Positions 35,707 to 43,442 of a stretch of DNA of 64,000 nucleotides are shown piece after piece. The notes below the pieces were generated by a model. The model ran no database searches and had not been told where the DNA came from. It saw nothing but the letters and a program-made list of their open reading frames with translations. Positions within the stretch are counted from its first letter, which is position 1; each line of letters opens with the position of its first letter. The stretch comes from a virus (Duplodnaviria; Heunggongvirae; Uroviricota; Caudoviricetes). Where the stretch lies: the IMG/VR virus record IMGVR_UViG_3300005260_000047; one strand, given 5' to 3'. The position numbers and the translations under genes are program-made.

Positions 35707-36171
35707 TTATTTGCCTGCCGCTTTAATTAATTCCGCCTTCAGAGCTGCGCGCGCCGCCGTACCGAAATCAGGCTGCTTAATGAGGACTTTGGCAACGTGC
35801 ATCATCCCTTTCAAGAAAGGATTGCGCTTTTGCTTTGACTTGCGACCGACCGGCTTGGATGGTGCCGCCGTCACGGTTTTGGCATAGACTGCCGCGCGCA
35901 TGATCAATTGCTGCTTGCCAGATGCGCCGCGCCTGGTGTCGCCCAAACGAACGATAAGTCCGGCGTCTTCCAGCTCTGAAAAGCGCCCCGTCACCCTTCC
36001 GGTATTGCTTTCGTCCGACGACAGCCCCTTGCGGAAAGTGGCAATTACGTCATCCTGGATGCAGCCGTCTTCGCCATAACTCTCTATGATTTCAAGCACC
36101 CGCTCACGCAAGGATGCGATTGGCGATGTATGAAACGCCGCTACCGATGTGCTTTTAACCCTCACTGTCAC
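35707..36171 (-). CDS. Winged-helix-like protein
   Basis: 'LRERVLEIIESYGEDGCIQDDVIATF...GLIVRLGDTRRG'. Confidence 0.4.
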   Translation of the reverse strand: MTVRVKSTSVAAFHTSPIASLRERVLEIIESYGEDGCIQDDVIATFRKGLSSDESNTGRVTGRFSELEDAGLIVRLGDTRRGASGKQQLIMRAAVYAKTVTAAPSKPVGRKSKQKRNPFLKGMMHVAKVLIKQPDFGTAARAALKAELIKAAGK

Positions 36172-36176
36172 CCTCC

Positions 36177-36380
36177 TTACCAGCTTGACCAGCCGATTTC
36201 GTCGCCCTGATCCTGTTCAATCTGTAAAACTGCTTCCTCAATGCGGTTCTCGGCCAGGCGCTCGACCTGTCGCGTGAAAACCGCCGTCAGGAAACGCTTT
36301 CGGGCCGCATACACAGCGATCTGCCCTGCCAGCGTGGATAACGCCTGCTCGCGTTCAGAGTTCTGCATAGCCCTCGCCAA
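36177..36380 (-). CDS. Hypothetical protein
   Basis: 67 aa. Confidence 0.35.
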   Translation of the reverse strand: MARAMQNSEREQALSTLAGQIAVYAARKRFLTAVFTRQVERLAENRIEEAVLQIEQDQGDEIGWSSW

Positions 36381-36780
36381 TCAGCTTGCCTGCCGCGCGC
36401 TCCATCGCCTTGCGCGCCATCTCCGGTGAGGCGGCTGTGATGGTCGGGCCGCCGATTTCTGACCCATCCAAGCGCTTTTCCACCTTCATGATCGATTCGT
36501 CAGCCGTCCATTCGAGCGTCACAATCAGGTTTTCTTTGACGAAATGGCGCTTGATGACCGCAAGCTTTGCCGGCACTTCGTCAGACGCCGTCGTGATCAA
36601 GTCCACCACATCGGCATCAACCAAACCGGAAGTCGCCATGAATAAGGCGTCAAGGCCGCAACGAAACTGCGGCTCGGTTAGCTTGCCCTTGTCATAGGAA
36701 GTAATCAGCCAGTCGATTGTCTCGAATGCCTTGCGGTCGAGTTCTTCGCGAATGGTTGGAAGTCGCGGCAGTGCGCTCAT
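36355..36780 (-). CDS. Hypothetical protein
   Basis: Start MSALPRLPT. Confidence 0.45.
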   Translation of the reverse strand: MSALPRLPTIREELDRKAFETIDWLITSYDKGKLTEPQFRCGLDALFMATSGLVDADVVDLITTASDEVPAKLAVIKRHFVKENLIVTLEWTADESIMKVEKRLDGSEIGGPTITAASPEMARKAMERAAGKLIGEGYAEL

Positions 36781-36974
36781 TTCGGCCAAAATGCCCAAAC
36801 CGTGTAGCCGATCAGAATAAATGGCCCGATGCGCACGACCATTGCCACGACCATCGCTGGCGGCAGCTTGCTCCAGCCGCCAACGAACATGGCCAGCGGC
36901 GTCAATACGCACCAGAGGACAAAGGCGATTACCGCGCCCCACGCACCCAATGCAATCCATTGATGTTCTGTCAC
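36777..36974 (-). CDS. Small membrane protein
   Basis: Likely GTG start with an AGGAGG Shine-Dalgarno 5 nt upstream. Confidence 0.4.
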   Translation of the reverse strand: MTEHQWIALGAWGAVIAFVLWCVLTPLAMFVGGWSKLPPAMVVAMVVRIGPFILIGYTVWAFWPK

Positions 36975-37002
36975 TTTCCCCTCCTTGCGCAACATTGCGC
37001 TA

Positions 37003-37075
37003 AGTCATTACTGACATCATAACGCGGTCGGTCAGGACTTACAAGTCAGTTGTGACTTATCGTCCTGACCGACAA
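37003..37075 (-). promoter_or_regulatory. Compound control region: TTGTAA-N17-TATGAT promoter, two operator palindromes, and a flanking 12-bp perfect inverted repeat GTCGGTCAGGAC/GTCCTGACCGAC
   Basis: Operator sites at 37003..37017 (downstream of the -10) and 37043..37058 (overlapping the -35). The large inverted repeat spans 37027..37075. Confidence 0.5.
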
Positions 37076-37197
37076 TACATCACGCCTTTTTCAGCTCTAC
37101 CCGCTTGGCGATATCCGGCATCAATAAGGTACTCGCCGCCTTCCCGGCGGGTGCCGGTCACCTTCCAGCCTGGAAGGTCAAGGATGTCGGTCATGAA

Positions 37198-37566
37198 TCA
37201 AGAGCCAAGGTCGTCAGGGTGCAGTCCGAACAGGCGGGCTATTGGCTCGCGCATGCCTTGCTTCAGCTCTTCCAGCGTTTCACTGAGATAGGCGTTTCGG
37301 GCTTCGCTCTCGCTCAGCCCATCCGCCTGCATTCGGGCCGCCGCCTCATACGTCTCATCACGTACATAGCTGAGGTCGCCAAATCCGGACAGACTATAGC
37401 CAATTAGCTGAGCAAACTGCTCGTAGTCTTCTTGAGGAAAGTCTTTTTGCGCCAGATGGTTCAAGTCGAAGGGGCCAGAGTCAAGAAGATACCTGACGAT
37501 GGCATTTTGCTTGAACCTCAACGTACCGTTTGCATCTGCTTCAACAGGCTGTATTGGGTGCTTCAT
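37198..37566 (-). CDS. Hypothetical protein
   Basis: 122 aa. Confidence 0.45.
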   Translation of the reverse strand: MKHPIQPVEADANGTLRFKQNAIVRYLLDSGPFDLNHLAQKDFPQEDYEQFAQLIGYSLSGFGDLSYVRDETYEAAARMQADGLSESEARNAYLSETLEELKQGMREPIARLFGLHPDDLGS

Positions 37567-37605
37567 GACCAGCTCCTTTCCACACGATTATCCAGAGCTA
37601 CAGCA

Positions 37606-37794
37606 TTACACAGATTCACGTTTTACACGCGTTATTCCGCATACCCAATGAAACATCGTTTCAAAATCGACGCCACATAATTGAGCCTCAATTGCTATAT
37701 TTGTCACACACTCATCAACGCCATCTTGAATAGATTGCGGCTTAAAGCCCTCACTAGCAATTGCATTCATCTGCGAACCCTCGCAATGTTTCAA
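37606..37794 (-). CDS. Hypothetical protein
   Basis: 62 aa. An operator site lies upstream at 37829..37846. Confidence 0.35.
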   Translation of the reverse strand: MKHCEGSQMNAIASEGFKPQSIQDGVDECVTNIAIEAQLCGVDFETMFHWVCGITRVKRESV

Positions 37795-37862
37795 TACCGC
37801 TATATTACCGACGACAGTCAGGACTTACAAGTCAGTGATGACTTAGCCTGATCGTTTGCCGC

Positions 37863-38501
37863 TCAATGCAACATACCGCCTTGCGCCAACAGGCTTTCCT
37901 TTTGCTGCCGCAATTGATACCCCGACTGCCGCACCGCCGACTCCAATGCCGTGATCCGGTCGTCCATATCAGTCAGCGCGCGCAGGATGTAAAAATGCGA
38001 ACACTTGATACGCTCATCGACCGTCAGGCCCAACATCAGGCTATTCAAATGCTCGATATAAGCCTGATTGATCGCCGCCTTACCCTCCTCTTCTATCAGA
38101 GGAATGCCTGGCTGCACCAGCACCAGCGTCGAAAACCGCCGATTAGTGACTTCAAAGCAGCGTTCCGCATACTTCGCAAAACGCGCCTGATCAGCACCTC
38201 CCACCGTATGCCCGATCGCTTCCGCCATCGTGTAGCCAAGCATATCAATCGGCGTGCGGTCAACGATCGCAAAGCTGACTGGCGCCACCATCGAATACAT
38301 GGCGTCCAGCCGCTCAAGAATCACTTCCTGGATATCAAGCCTCGTCTTGAAGTCGAACGACGCGGCCGGATCCAGGCCCAACTCTTTGAAGATTGCCGAC
38401 ACGGAGGTCTCCATGAAGGCGATCCCATGCTTTTTGGCATAAGCTTTAGCCAGGCTGGTTTTGCCGGTGCGGTGCGCGCCGCACAAACCGATTAAGCTCA
38501 T
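37863..38501 (-). CDS. P-loop kinase/ATPase (AAA_28/dNMP-kinase-like)
   Basis: Walker A 'GAHRTGKTS'. Size and layout are typical of a nucleotide kinase. Confidence 0.55.
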   Translation of the reverse strand: MSLIGLCGAHRTGKTSLAKAYAKKHGIAFMETSVSAIFKELGLDPAASFDFKTRLDIQEVILERLDAMYSMVAPVSFAIVDRTPIDMLGYTMAEAIGHTVGGADQARFAKYAERCFEVTNRRFSTLVLVQPGIPLIEEEGKAAINQAYIEHLNSLMLGLTVDERIKCSHFYILRALTDMDDRITALESAVRQSGYQLRQQKESLLAQGGMLH

Positions 38502-39214
38502 TAGGCGGCCTTTTGCGAACCTTCGAGGATCGCGCGCTCGTTGGCAAGATCGCGATTCAAGGCGGCGACAGCATCGAAGTCACCCTGGCTGTAGCGGCCC
38601 TTCAGCTTTTCATTGCCTTGCAGCTTGGCGATGTTGGTAATGCGGCTGCCGGCTTCGGAAAAATCAACCGGATTCAAGCCGCCTGCTTGCGCCAGCTTCA
38701 TCATTTCATCGATCTCGATGGCGTTATACCATTGGGTATCGCCATTCTCTTCGCGGTAGTTGATCAGATCCAGCCCCTTGCCTTCATACTGCGCCAGCAG
38801 GGCTTCGAGCTTTTCGCCGTTTTCAGTGAAGCCGCCGATTGCCGCATGCAGCAGGCGAATATTCAGGTTGGTGAGCTTCATGCCGGCGATTTCGGCATCC
38901 ATACCGATCGCGTCCAAAGCTTCTTGCGAAAGCGGCTGGTTGGCTTCGGACTGTTCCAGCTCAGCGCCCTCCTCCACATTCTGCGTAACCGCGCCGACAT
39001 AGTTCGTCGTTTGAATCAGGAGTTGCAAATGTTTGTCGAGATTGGCGATGTCAAGCGGCTTGCCGTAAAACAGCCGGCGCTTGACCTGATCCATCACGCG
39101 GCCGGCGGCGATCGCCAGGACGAAAGAGGCGTGGAGAACGGTTTGATTGATTTTCAGCTCGGCCGGCACGCTTTCGGTCTTGGTGGCCAGTGCGATGTAT
39201 TGTTTGGATTCCAT
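38501..39214 (-). CDS. Hypothetical protein
   Basis: 237 aa. Preceded by a 10-bp-arm palindrome GCCTTAGTCA-gtgg-TGACTAAGGC at 39244..39267. Confidence 0.45.
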   Translation of the reverse strand: MESKQYIALATKTESVPAELKINQTVLHASFVLAIAAGRVMDQVKRRLFYGKPLDIANLDKHLQLLIQTTNYVGAVTQNVEEGAELEQSEANQPLSQEALDAIGMDAEIAGMKLTNLNIRLLHAAIGGFTENGEKLEALLAQYEGKGLDLINYREENGDTQWYNAIEIDEMMKLAQAGGLNPVDFSEAGSRITNIAKLQGNEKLKGRYSQGDFDAVAALNRDLANERAILEGSQKAA

Positions 39215-39278
39215 AGATGTTCTCCTGTAAGTGAGGTTGGAAACGCCTTAGTCAGTGGTGACTAAGGCGTGTATCGGG

Positions 39279-39599
39279 TTAATTGAAGCGGACGGAGCGC
39301 AGACCTTCCACGCCTTCATTCGCTTCGGGTTCGTCGTCACCGATGAAGGTAGCGATCTTGGCGCGCTTATTGCGGGCGCGGCTTGCTTCGCGGCGGGCAG
39401 CCTCCAGAGCCGCCGATGCTTCTGCAAGGGCTTGCTCCTGGCGCGCTGCTTCTGCTTCTTCCTGCGCTTCGACAGCATTCAGCTCATCGATGGCGCGGTT
39501 GAAGTGAACGAGTGCGCCATCGACAGTGCGCTTGGATGGCCCGAACGGGATGAAGCCGGTATGGAAGCGGGCAAACAAAAAGGAAAGCAGGTTTTTCAT
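39279..39599 (-). CDS. Hypothetical coiled-coil protein
   Basis: A/E/R-rich. Confidence 0.4.
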   Translation of the reverse strand: MKNLLSFLFARFHTGFIPFGPSKRTVDGALVHFNRAIDELNAVEAQEEAEAARQEQALAEASAALEAARREASRARNKRAKIATFIGDDEPEANEGVEGLRSVRFN

Positions 39600-39619
39600 G
39601 ATGGATCTCCTAAAGATGG

Positions 39620-40177
39620 TTAAGAGGTTTGTCGATACTGTGGTTTTTGTGAAACCCGCCAGGATTTGCCATAAACCCTGTCGAGCGCCTTTGGGATTGT
39701 GTTGCGGCTTACCCCAAGCCTTTCTGCTATTGAAATCAACTTTTCGCCAGAGAAAACCGCGCTATACGCCTGCTTAACCTGATCTTCCGAAAGCTTCGCT
39801 GATCCATTAGCAAAGCCTTTCGAGTCGATTAAGCCAGTCGCAATGCCGTGCTGGATGTTCTCTAATTCAGTTACCCATTCAAGATTGCTTACGGCGTTAT
39901 TGTGCTTATTTCCGTCTTTATGATTTACCCCCGGCTTATTGTTTGGATTTGGGATGAACGCTTCTGCAACGAGCCTGTGAACACGATGCGTTCTAACCTC
40001 CCCGCCCTTCGCAAGACGAATGGTCAAGTATCCAGTGCAGTGTTCCGACAGCTTTCGTTCCATACCTGGCACGAATTGTCTCCCCAGCCGCGTGTGAGGC
40101 ACCCATCTTTCTAATGAAAAGATGCGTCCATCTTCCGTAACTGCGTAAAGCCCTTCGTAGCCAGGTATTGCTTTCAT
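39620..40177 (-). CDS. HNH homing endonuclease (NUMOD4-like N-terminus, HNH_3, C-terminal HTH)
   Basis: 'GYEGLYAVTEDGRIFS', 'VNHKDGNKHNNAVSNLEWVT' and 'ISIAERLGVSRNTIPKAL'. Confidence 0.8.
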   Translation of the reverse strand: MKAIPGYEGLYAVTEDGRIFSLERWVPHTRLGRQFVPGMERKLSEHCTGYLTIRLAKGGEVRTHRVHRLVAEAFIPNPNNKPGVNHKDGNKHNNAVSNLEWVTELENIQHGIATGLIDSKGFANGSAKLSEDQVKQAYSAVFSGEKLISIAERLGVSRNTIPKALDRVYGKSWRVSQKPQYRQTS

Positions 40178-41013
40178 TTCGTGAATTCCGTTTCAACCAG
40201 CTCACGGTATTGACGCCAACCGAAGAAATTCTTTGACTGTTGTGTTGCCAAAGAAAGCGGGTAGCCGCTATGCTCAATGGGTGACGCATGCAGCGGACGG
40301 CTACCAACCAGGCGGTCATACAGCGCCAGGTCTTCCTCGATATTTGGCGTGCGGCCGTCGTGCGTCAGATAGGACACGCGCGCAGAACGGGCGGCCGAAA
40401 TCTTGGCGAGGAAGCCAGGGTCATGCCGATACATCACTCGTTCATCTGCCGTTACATAGGGCAAATGCCAGGCGTCGGCAATCTGGCGATCACGCGGACG
40501 CAATACCGGCTGCGAAGCCTGCATTGCCGCTTTCATCTGAATCGCCAGTTCGTGAATCTCTGGCTGTGCGTCCGGATGGTCGCGCAGTTCAAAGAAGTTA
40601 TCGAACTCGGTGGCGGTCATGATCACCGAGATATGCAGGAACGGCTCCAGGATGCGGTTGACCACTTGCTTGTGTGCGCCATCACCACTCATAACAGCGG
40701 CATAGTTGGCGGCTTCATTAGCAGCTTGTCGCCACAGGCGTTGCACATTTGTCAGTTCATCGCCGGTCAGTTGCTCGTTCGCCTGCATGCCTGGCTGGTT
40801 CTTACCCCAATGGATAGGCATGGCGGGTTCGGTGCGCACCTGCTCGATCATCTTGGCGACCGGAATGGCGCGCGAAGACGAGGCGTTACGGCTGAAAACG
40901 CGGTGCGTCATGAACTCGGCATGGATAAAGCGCGGGTAACGCAACTGCAATGTGGTCAGGCGCTTGCCATGATAGGCAACGCTGTCCTCAATCACTTTAG
41001 CTTCAATGGTCAT
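40174..41013 (-). CDS. thyX: Flavin-dependent thymidylate synthase ThyX
   Basis: ThyX signature 'RHRVFSRNASSSRAI' (RHRX7S). Start MTIEAKV with an AGGAG Shine-Dalgarno. Confidence 0.9.
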   Translation of the reverse strand: MTIEAKVIEDSVAYHGKRLTTLQLRYPRFIHAEFMTHRVFSRNASSSRAIPVAKMIEQVRTEPAMPIHWGKNQPGMQANEQLTGDELTNVQRLWRQAANEAANYAAVMSGDGAHKQVVNRILEPFLHISVIMTATEFDNFFELRDHPDAQPEIHELAIQMKAAMQASQPVLRPRDRQIADAWHLPYVTADERVMYRHDPGFLAKISAARSARVSYLTHDGRTPNIEEDLALYDRLVGSRPLHASPIEHSGYPLSLATQQSKNFFGWRQYRELVETEFTK

Positions 41014-41019
41014 TGTTTC

Positions 41020-41240
41020 TCCTGTTAAAAACGAATGTTGGGAGCGGTCGGATCGCACGCCCGACGTTGGCTCCAAGACCTTTCGGACAGCGGCCCATTC
41101 GGGTGGAAGTCCTACTCGGATCGATTGCACTCCCAACAGAAAGGCGCCCTACTCCGTGTTCCCGCACGTGTCGTCCTTAAAAGGTTTAAGGACACAAGAC
41201 GCCTTTCTGTTGGGCGGGTTTCCCCGCCTGGTGATCAGCC
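41020..41240 (-). ncRNA. Structured non-coding leader upstream of thyX, with nested long-range helices; class unknown
   Basis: Complementary segments GTTGGGAG(41038)/CTCCCAAC(41139), GGTCGGATCG/CGGATCGATT, CAGAAAGGCG(41148)/CGCCTTTCTG(41198) and GTCCTTAAA/TTTAAGGAC. No ORF. Not a canonical tRNA. Confidence 0.3.
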
Positions 41241-41358
41241 GTGTTTCCTGAAAAACTTGGTGACTTTGTGAGTCAGGTATCCACCACCTGCCATGCCTGC
41301 GATGAAACTGCATGCAGCAACGATGAGGACCGCCTGACCGTTAAAGATCGTCGTCATG

Positions 41359-41946
41359 TCAGCGGCGTCCGGATGAGTAGCTGCTGCGGCTGCTCGAATA
41401 GCTGGAGCTGCTGCCATAGGACGAGCTGCGGCTGCTGCTGCTGGAATAGCTCGACGACGAGGATTTGCTCGGCGAATAGCTGCTATAAGACGAAGACACT
41501 GACTTGGTCGGAGCTGGTGTCGGCTTCACGGACGAATACACGCTGCCGTAGCTGCTCGATGTCGTCTTGGTCGGTGCCGGCGTTGGCGCATAAGACGGTG
41601 TCGCGGGAGCTTTGGCAGCCGGCGCGGCTGAAGCAACCGGAGCTGGTGTCGGCACAGGACGGTCGCGATAGCGGACGACTTCGCGCTCCACTACGCGGGT
41701 CTCGTTGCGTGAGCCACCCGAAAACAGGTTGCCGATATAAGCACCCATCGCCATGTGACCGAGCGTATCCATGAACGAACCGCCCGATTGCGGCCGCTGC
41801 TGAACAATCACAGTTTGCGGCGCTGCTTGACCAGGCTGTGCTGCCGGTGCGACTACTTGTGGCACCTGTTGCGCGACATCAGAGCTGCTGCCACCACAAC
41901 CGGCAAGTGCCACAGCCAGGAAGATGGCAAGGTAAGTCTTTTTCAT
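41359..41946 (-). CDS. Lipoprotein with a Pro/Ala-rich linker and a Ser/Tyr-rich low-complexity C-terminus
   Basis: Signal peptide plus 'LAGCGG' lipobox. The C-terminal ~60 aa is encoded by GCTGCT-repetitive DNA and also overlaps an alternative frame (41235..41417), so its frame is uncertain. Confidence 0.45.
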   Translation of the reverse strand: MKKTYLAIFLAVALAGCGGSSSDVAQQVPQVVAPAAQPGQAAPQTVIVQQRPQSGGSFMDTLGHMAMGAYIGNLFSGGSRNETRVVEREVVRYRDRPVPTPAPVASAAPAAKAPATPSYAPTPAPTKTTSSSYGSVYSSVKPTPAPTKSVSSSYSSYSPSKSSSSSYSSSSSRSSSYGSSSSYSSSRSSYSSGRR

Positions 41947-41994
41947 TTTGTTGCTCCCTTGAAAATGTTGATTTAATGATGGTATGAAACCGAG

Positions 41995-42303
41995 TCAGGA
42001 CTGAACAGCGATCACACCGGCTAGAATCAGGCAATTCAGCGCAGCTCGCGCCCGTTTGCCGTCGTCATGACCGCTCGATACCGGCCCGCCTACCCGACCA
42101 TTCCCTGCGTAGAACATGAGCGCCTGGACGACCATCTGCATCGGATCGATTACTTGCGCTGGCTGTGCAGTCTGCGCAGGCATCGGAACAACGGTGTGGT
42201 CAGCAAAACCAACAGGCTCAGGGTCGCGGAGCTTTTCCACAGCGGTTGCTTCGACGCCGACCGGCGGACGCTTCTTGGTCGGGAATTGGAATACATTGCT
42301 CAT
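41995..42303 (-). CDS. Hypothetical protein
   Basis: 102 aa with a GAAGGAGAAAGG Shine-Dalgarno. The 5' UTR has a GCGGGTGA/TCACCCGC hairpin and a TATAAT downstream of an operator site at 42363..42378. Confidence 0.45.
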   Translation of the reverse strand: MSNVFQFPTKKRPPVGVEATAVEKLRDPEPVGFADHTVVPMPAQTAQPAQVIDPMQMVVQALMFYAGNGRVGGPVSSGHDDGKRARAALNCLILAGVIAVQS

Positions 42304-42391
42304 TGCCTTTCTCCTTCGATGAGCGGGTGAATCGTCACCCGCTGCTTACACTTCTATTATAGCTCAGTGCTGACTTACTTTTGAGGACGGA

Positions 42392-43393
42392 TTAAAAATC
42401 CAGATCGAGCGCGCCGCCCGACTGGTAGTCCATCACCTTCCCTTCGAAGAAGTTCGTGTTCATGCCATTAACCTTGGAGAACTCCTCGATCCACGGCGTC
42501 GGGTTCTTCACGCCTGGATAAAGCGGACTCCAGCCCATGCTTTCAGCGCGCACGTTCGCCAAATGCTTGATGCGTTGCTCGACAATGGCATTGGTTCGGC
42601 CCAAAACGCCGCCTTCGATGGTGTGCTGACCCCAGGCGATTTCCAGATCGACCGATGCATGAATCAGGTTTCGCGCCTTCTCGTAAAAGGCGGTCGTGAA
42701 AATCTCTGGATTTTCCTGCTGGAGCGTGTAATACATGCCGAGAAAGCCTTCCAGATGCGTTTCCTCGTCGCGCTGGATGTATTTGATCTGGTCGGCGCTC
42801 TTGGACATTTTGCCGTTCTTCGCCAGCGTGTAGAAGTTGTCAAAGCCGGAATAGAAGTAGATGCCTTCCAAGGCGATGTTACCCACGACAGCCAACCCGA
42901 AGCGCTCGGCGGTATAGCCGTCTTTAAGCGCGTCGGATTGCGCCATGATGAATTTGTTCTTGGCCGCCAGGATGTCGTCGGTCTCAAACAAGCCATAGAT
43001 TTGCAGCGGATCGAGCGCCATCGACTCGATCATGAGCGAGTAGGCAATCACATGGTTGGCTTCTTCATACGCCTGGCGCGAGAGCATCATCGACGCTTCC
43101 GGACTGGTAATGTGCGTGCCGATATTGGTGATCAGGTTGTTGAACTGGATACCGTCAAGGTTGGACAGAAATGCCAGCGAACGCACATACATCTGGCGCT
43201 CGGCGTCATCAAGGCGCTCCTTGAAGCACAGCACATCATCACCCATTGCGATGGATTGCGGATACCAGTCGTTTTTAGTCATCTTGCGAAACGTATCCAT
43301 CGCCCACTTATGTTTGAGTGGCGAAATACACATTAACTTGTCATGCGGCCCGTTGATCAGACGGCGTTTATTAATCAATTCGCGAATATTCAT
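42392..43393 (-). CDS. nrdB: Ribonucleotide reductase class Ia beta subunit
   Basis: Ferritin-like diiron motifs 'EEANHVIAYS' and 'DEETHLEGF', tyrosyl-radical region and a C-terminal alpha-binding tail. Start MNIRELI with a GAGGAA Shine-Dalgarno. Confidence 0.9.
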   Translation of the reverse strand: MNIRELINKRRLINGPHDKLMCISPLKHKWAMDTFRKMTKNDWYPQSIAMGDDVLCFKERLDDAERQMYVRSLAFLSNLDGIQFNNLITNIGTHITSPEASMMLSRQAYEEANHVIAYSLMIESMALDPLQIYGLFETDDILAAKNKFIMAQSDALKDGYTAERFGLAVVGNIALEGIYFYSGFDNFYTLAKNGKMSKSADQIKYIQRDEETHLEGFLGMYYTLQQENPEIFTTAFYEKARNLIHASVDLEIAWGQHTIEGGVLGRTNAIVEQRIKHLANVRAESMGWSPLYPGVKNPTPWIEEFSKVNGMNTNFFEGKVMDYQSGGALDLDF

Positions 43394-43399
43394 TATTTT

Positions 43400-43427
43400 C
43401 CTCAGAAAAGCGGGGCCGAAGCCCCGC
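43400..43427 (-). terminator. nrdA-nrdB intergenic hairpin (GCGGGGC-cgaa-GCCCCGC plus UUUUCU): attenuator/terminator-like
   Basis: Perfect 7-bp stem. It overlaps the nrdB ribosome-binding site. Confidence 0.4.
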
Positions 43428-43442
43428 ATAGTTGCTGCGCTG

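Noticed and set aside
38513-39265. 250-aa plus-strand ORF
   Set aside because: It is antisense to 38501..39214 and looks non-coding.
40288-41028. 246-aa plus-strand ORF inside thyX
   Set aside because: It is antisense to ThyX, which has the RHRX7S signature.
41038-41146. Possible tRNA in the thyX leader (7-bp GTTGGGA/TCCCAAC terminal helix)
   Set aside because: On either strand the helix encloses ~100 nt. The internal arms do not fit D, anticodon or T-arm geometry (T-like loop is 9 nt, no GTTCRA). This is not a canonical tRNA.
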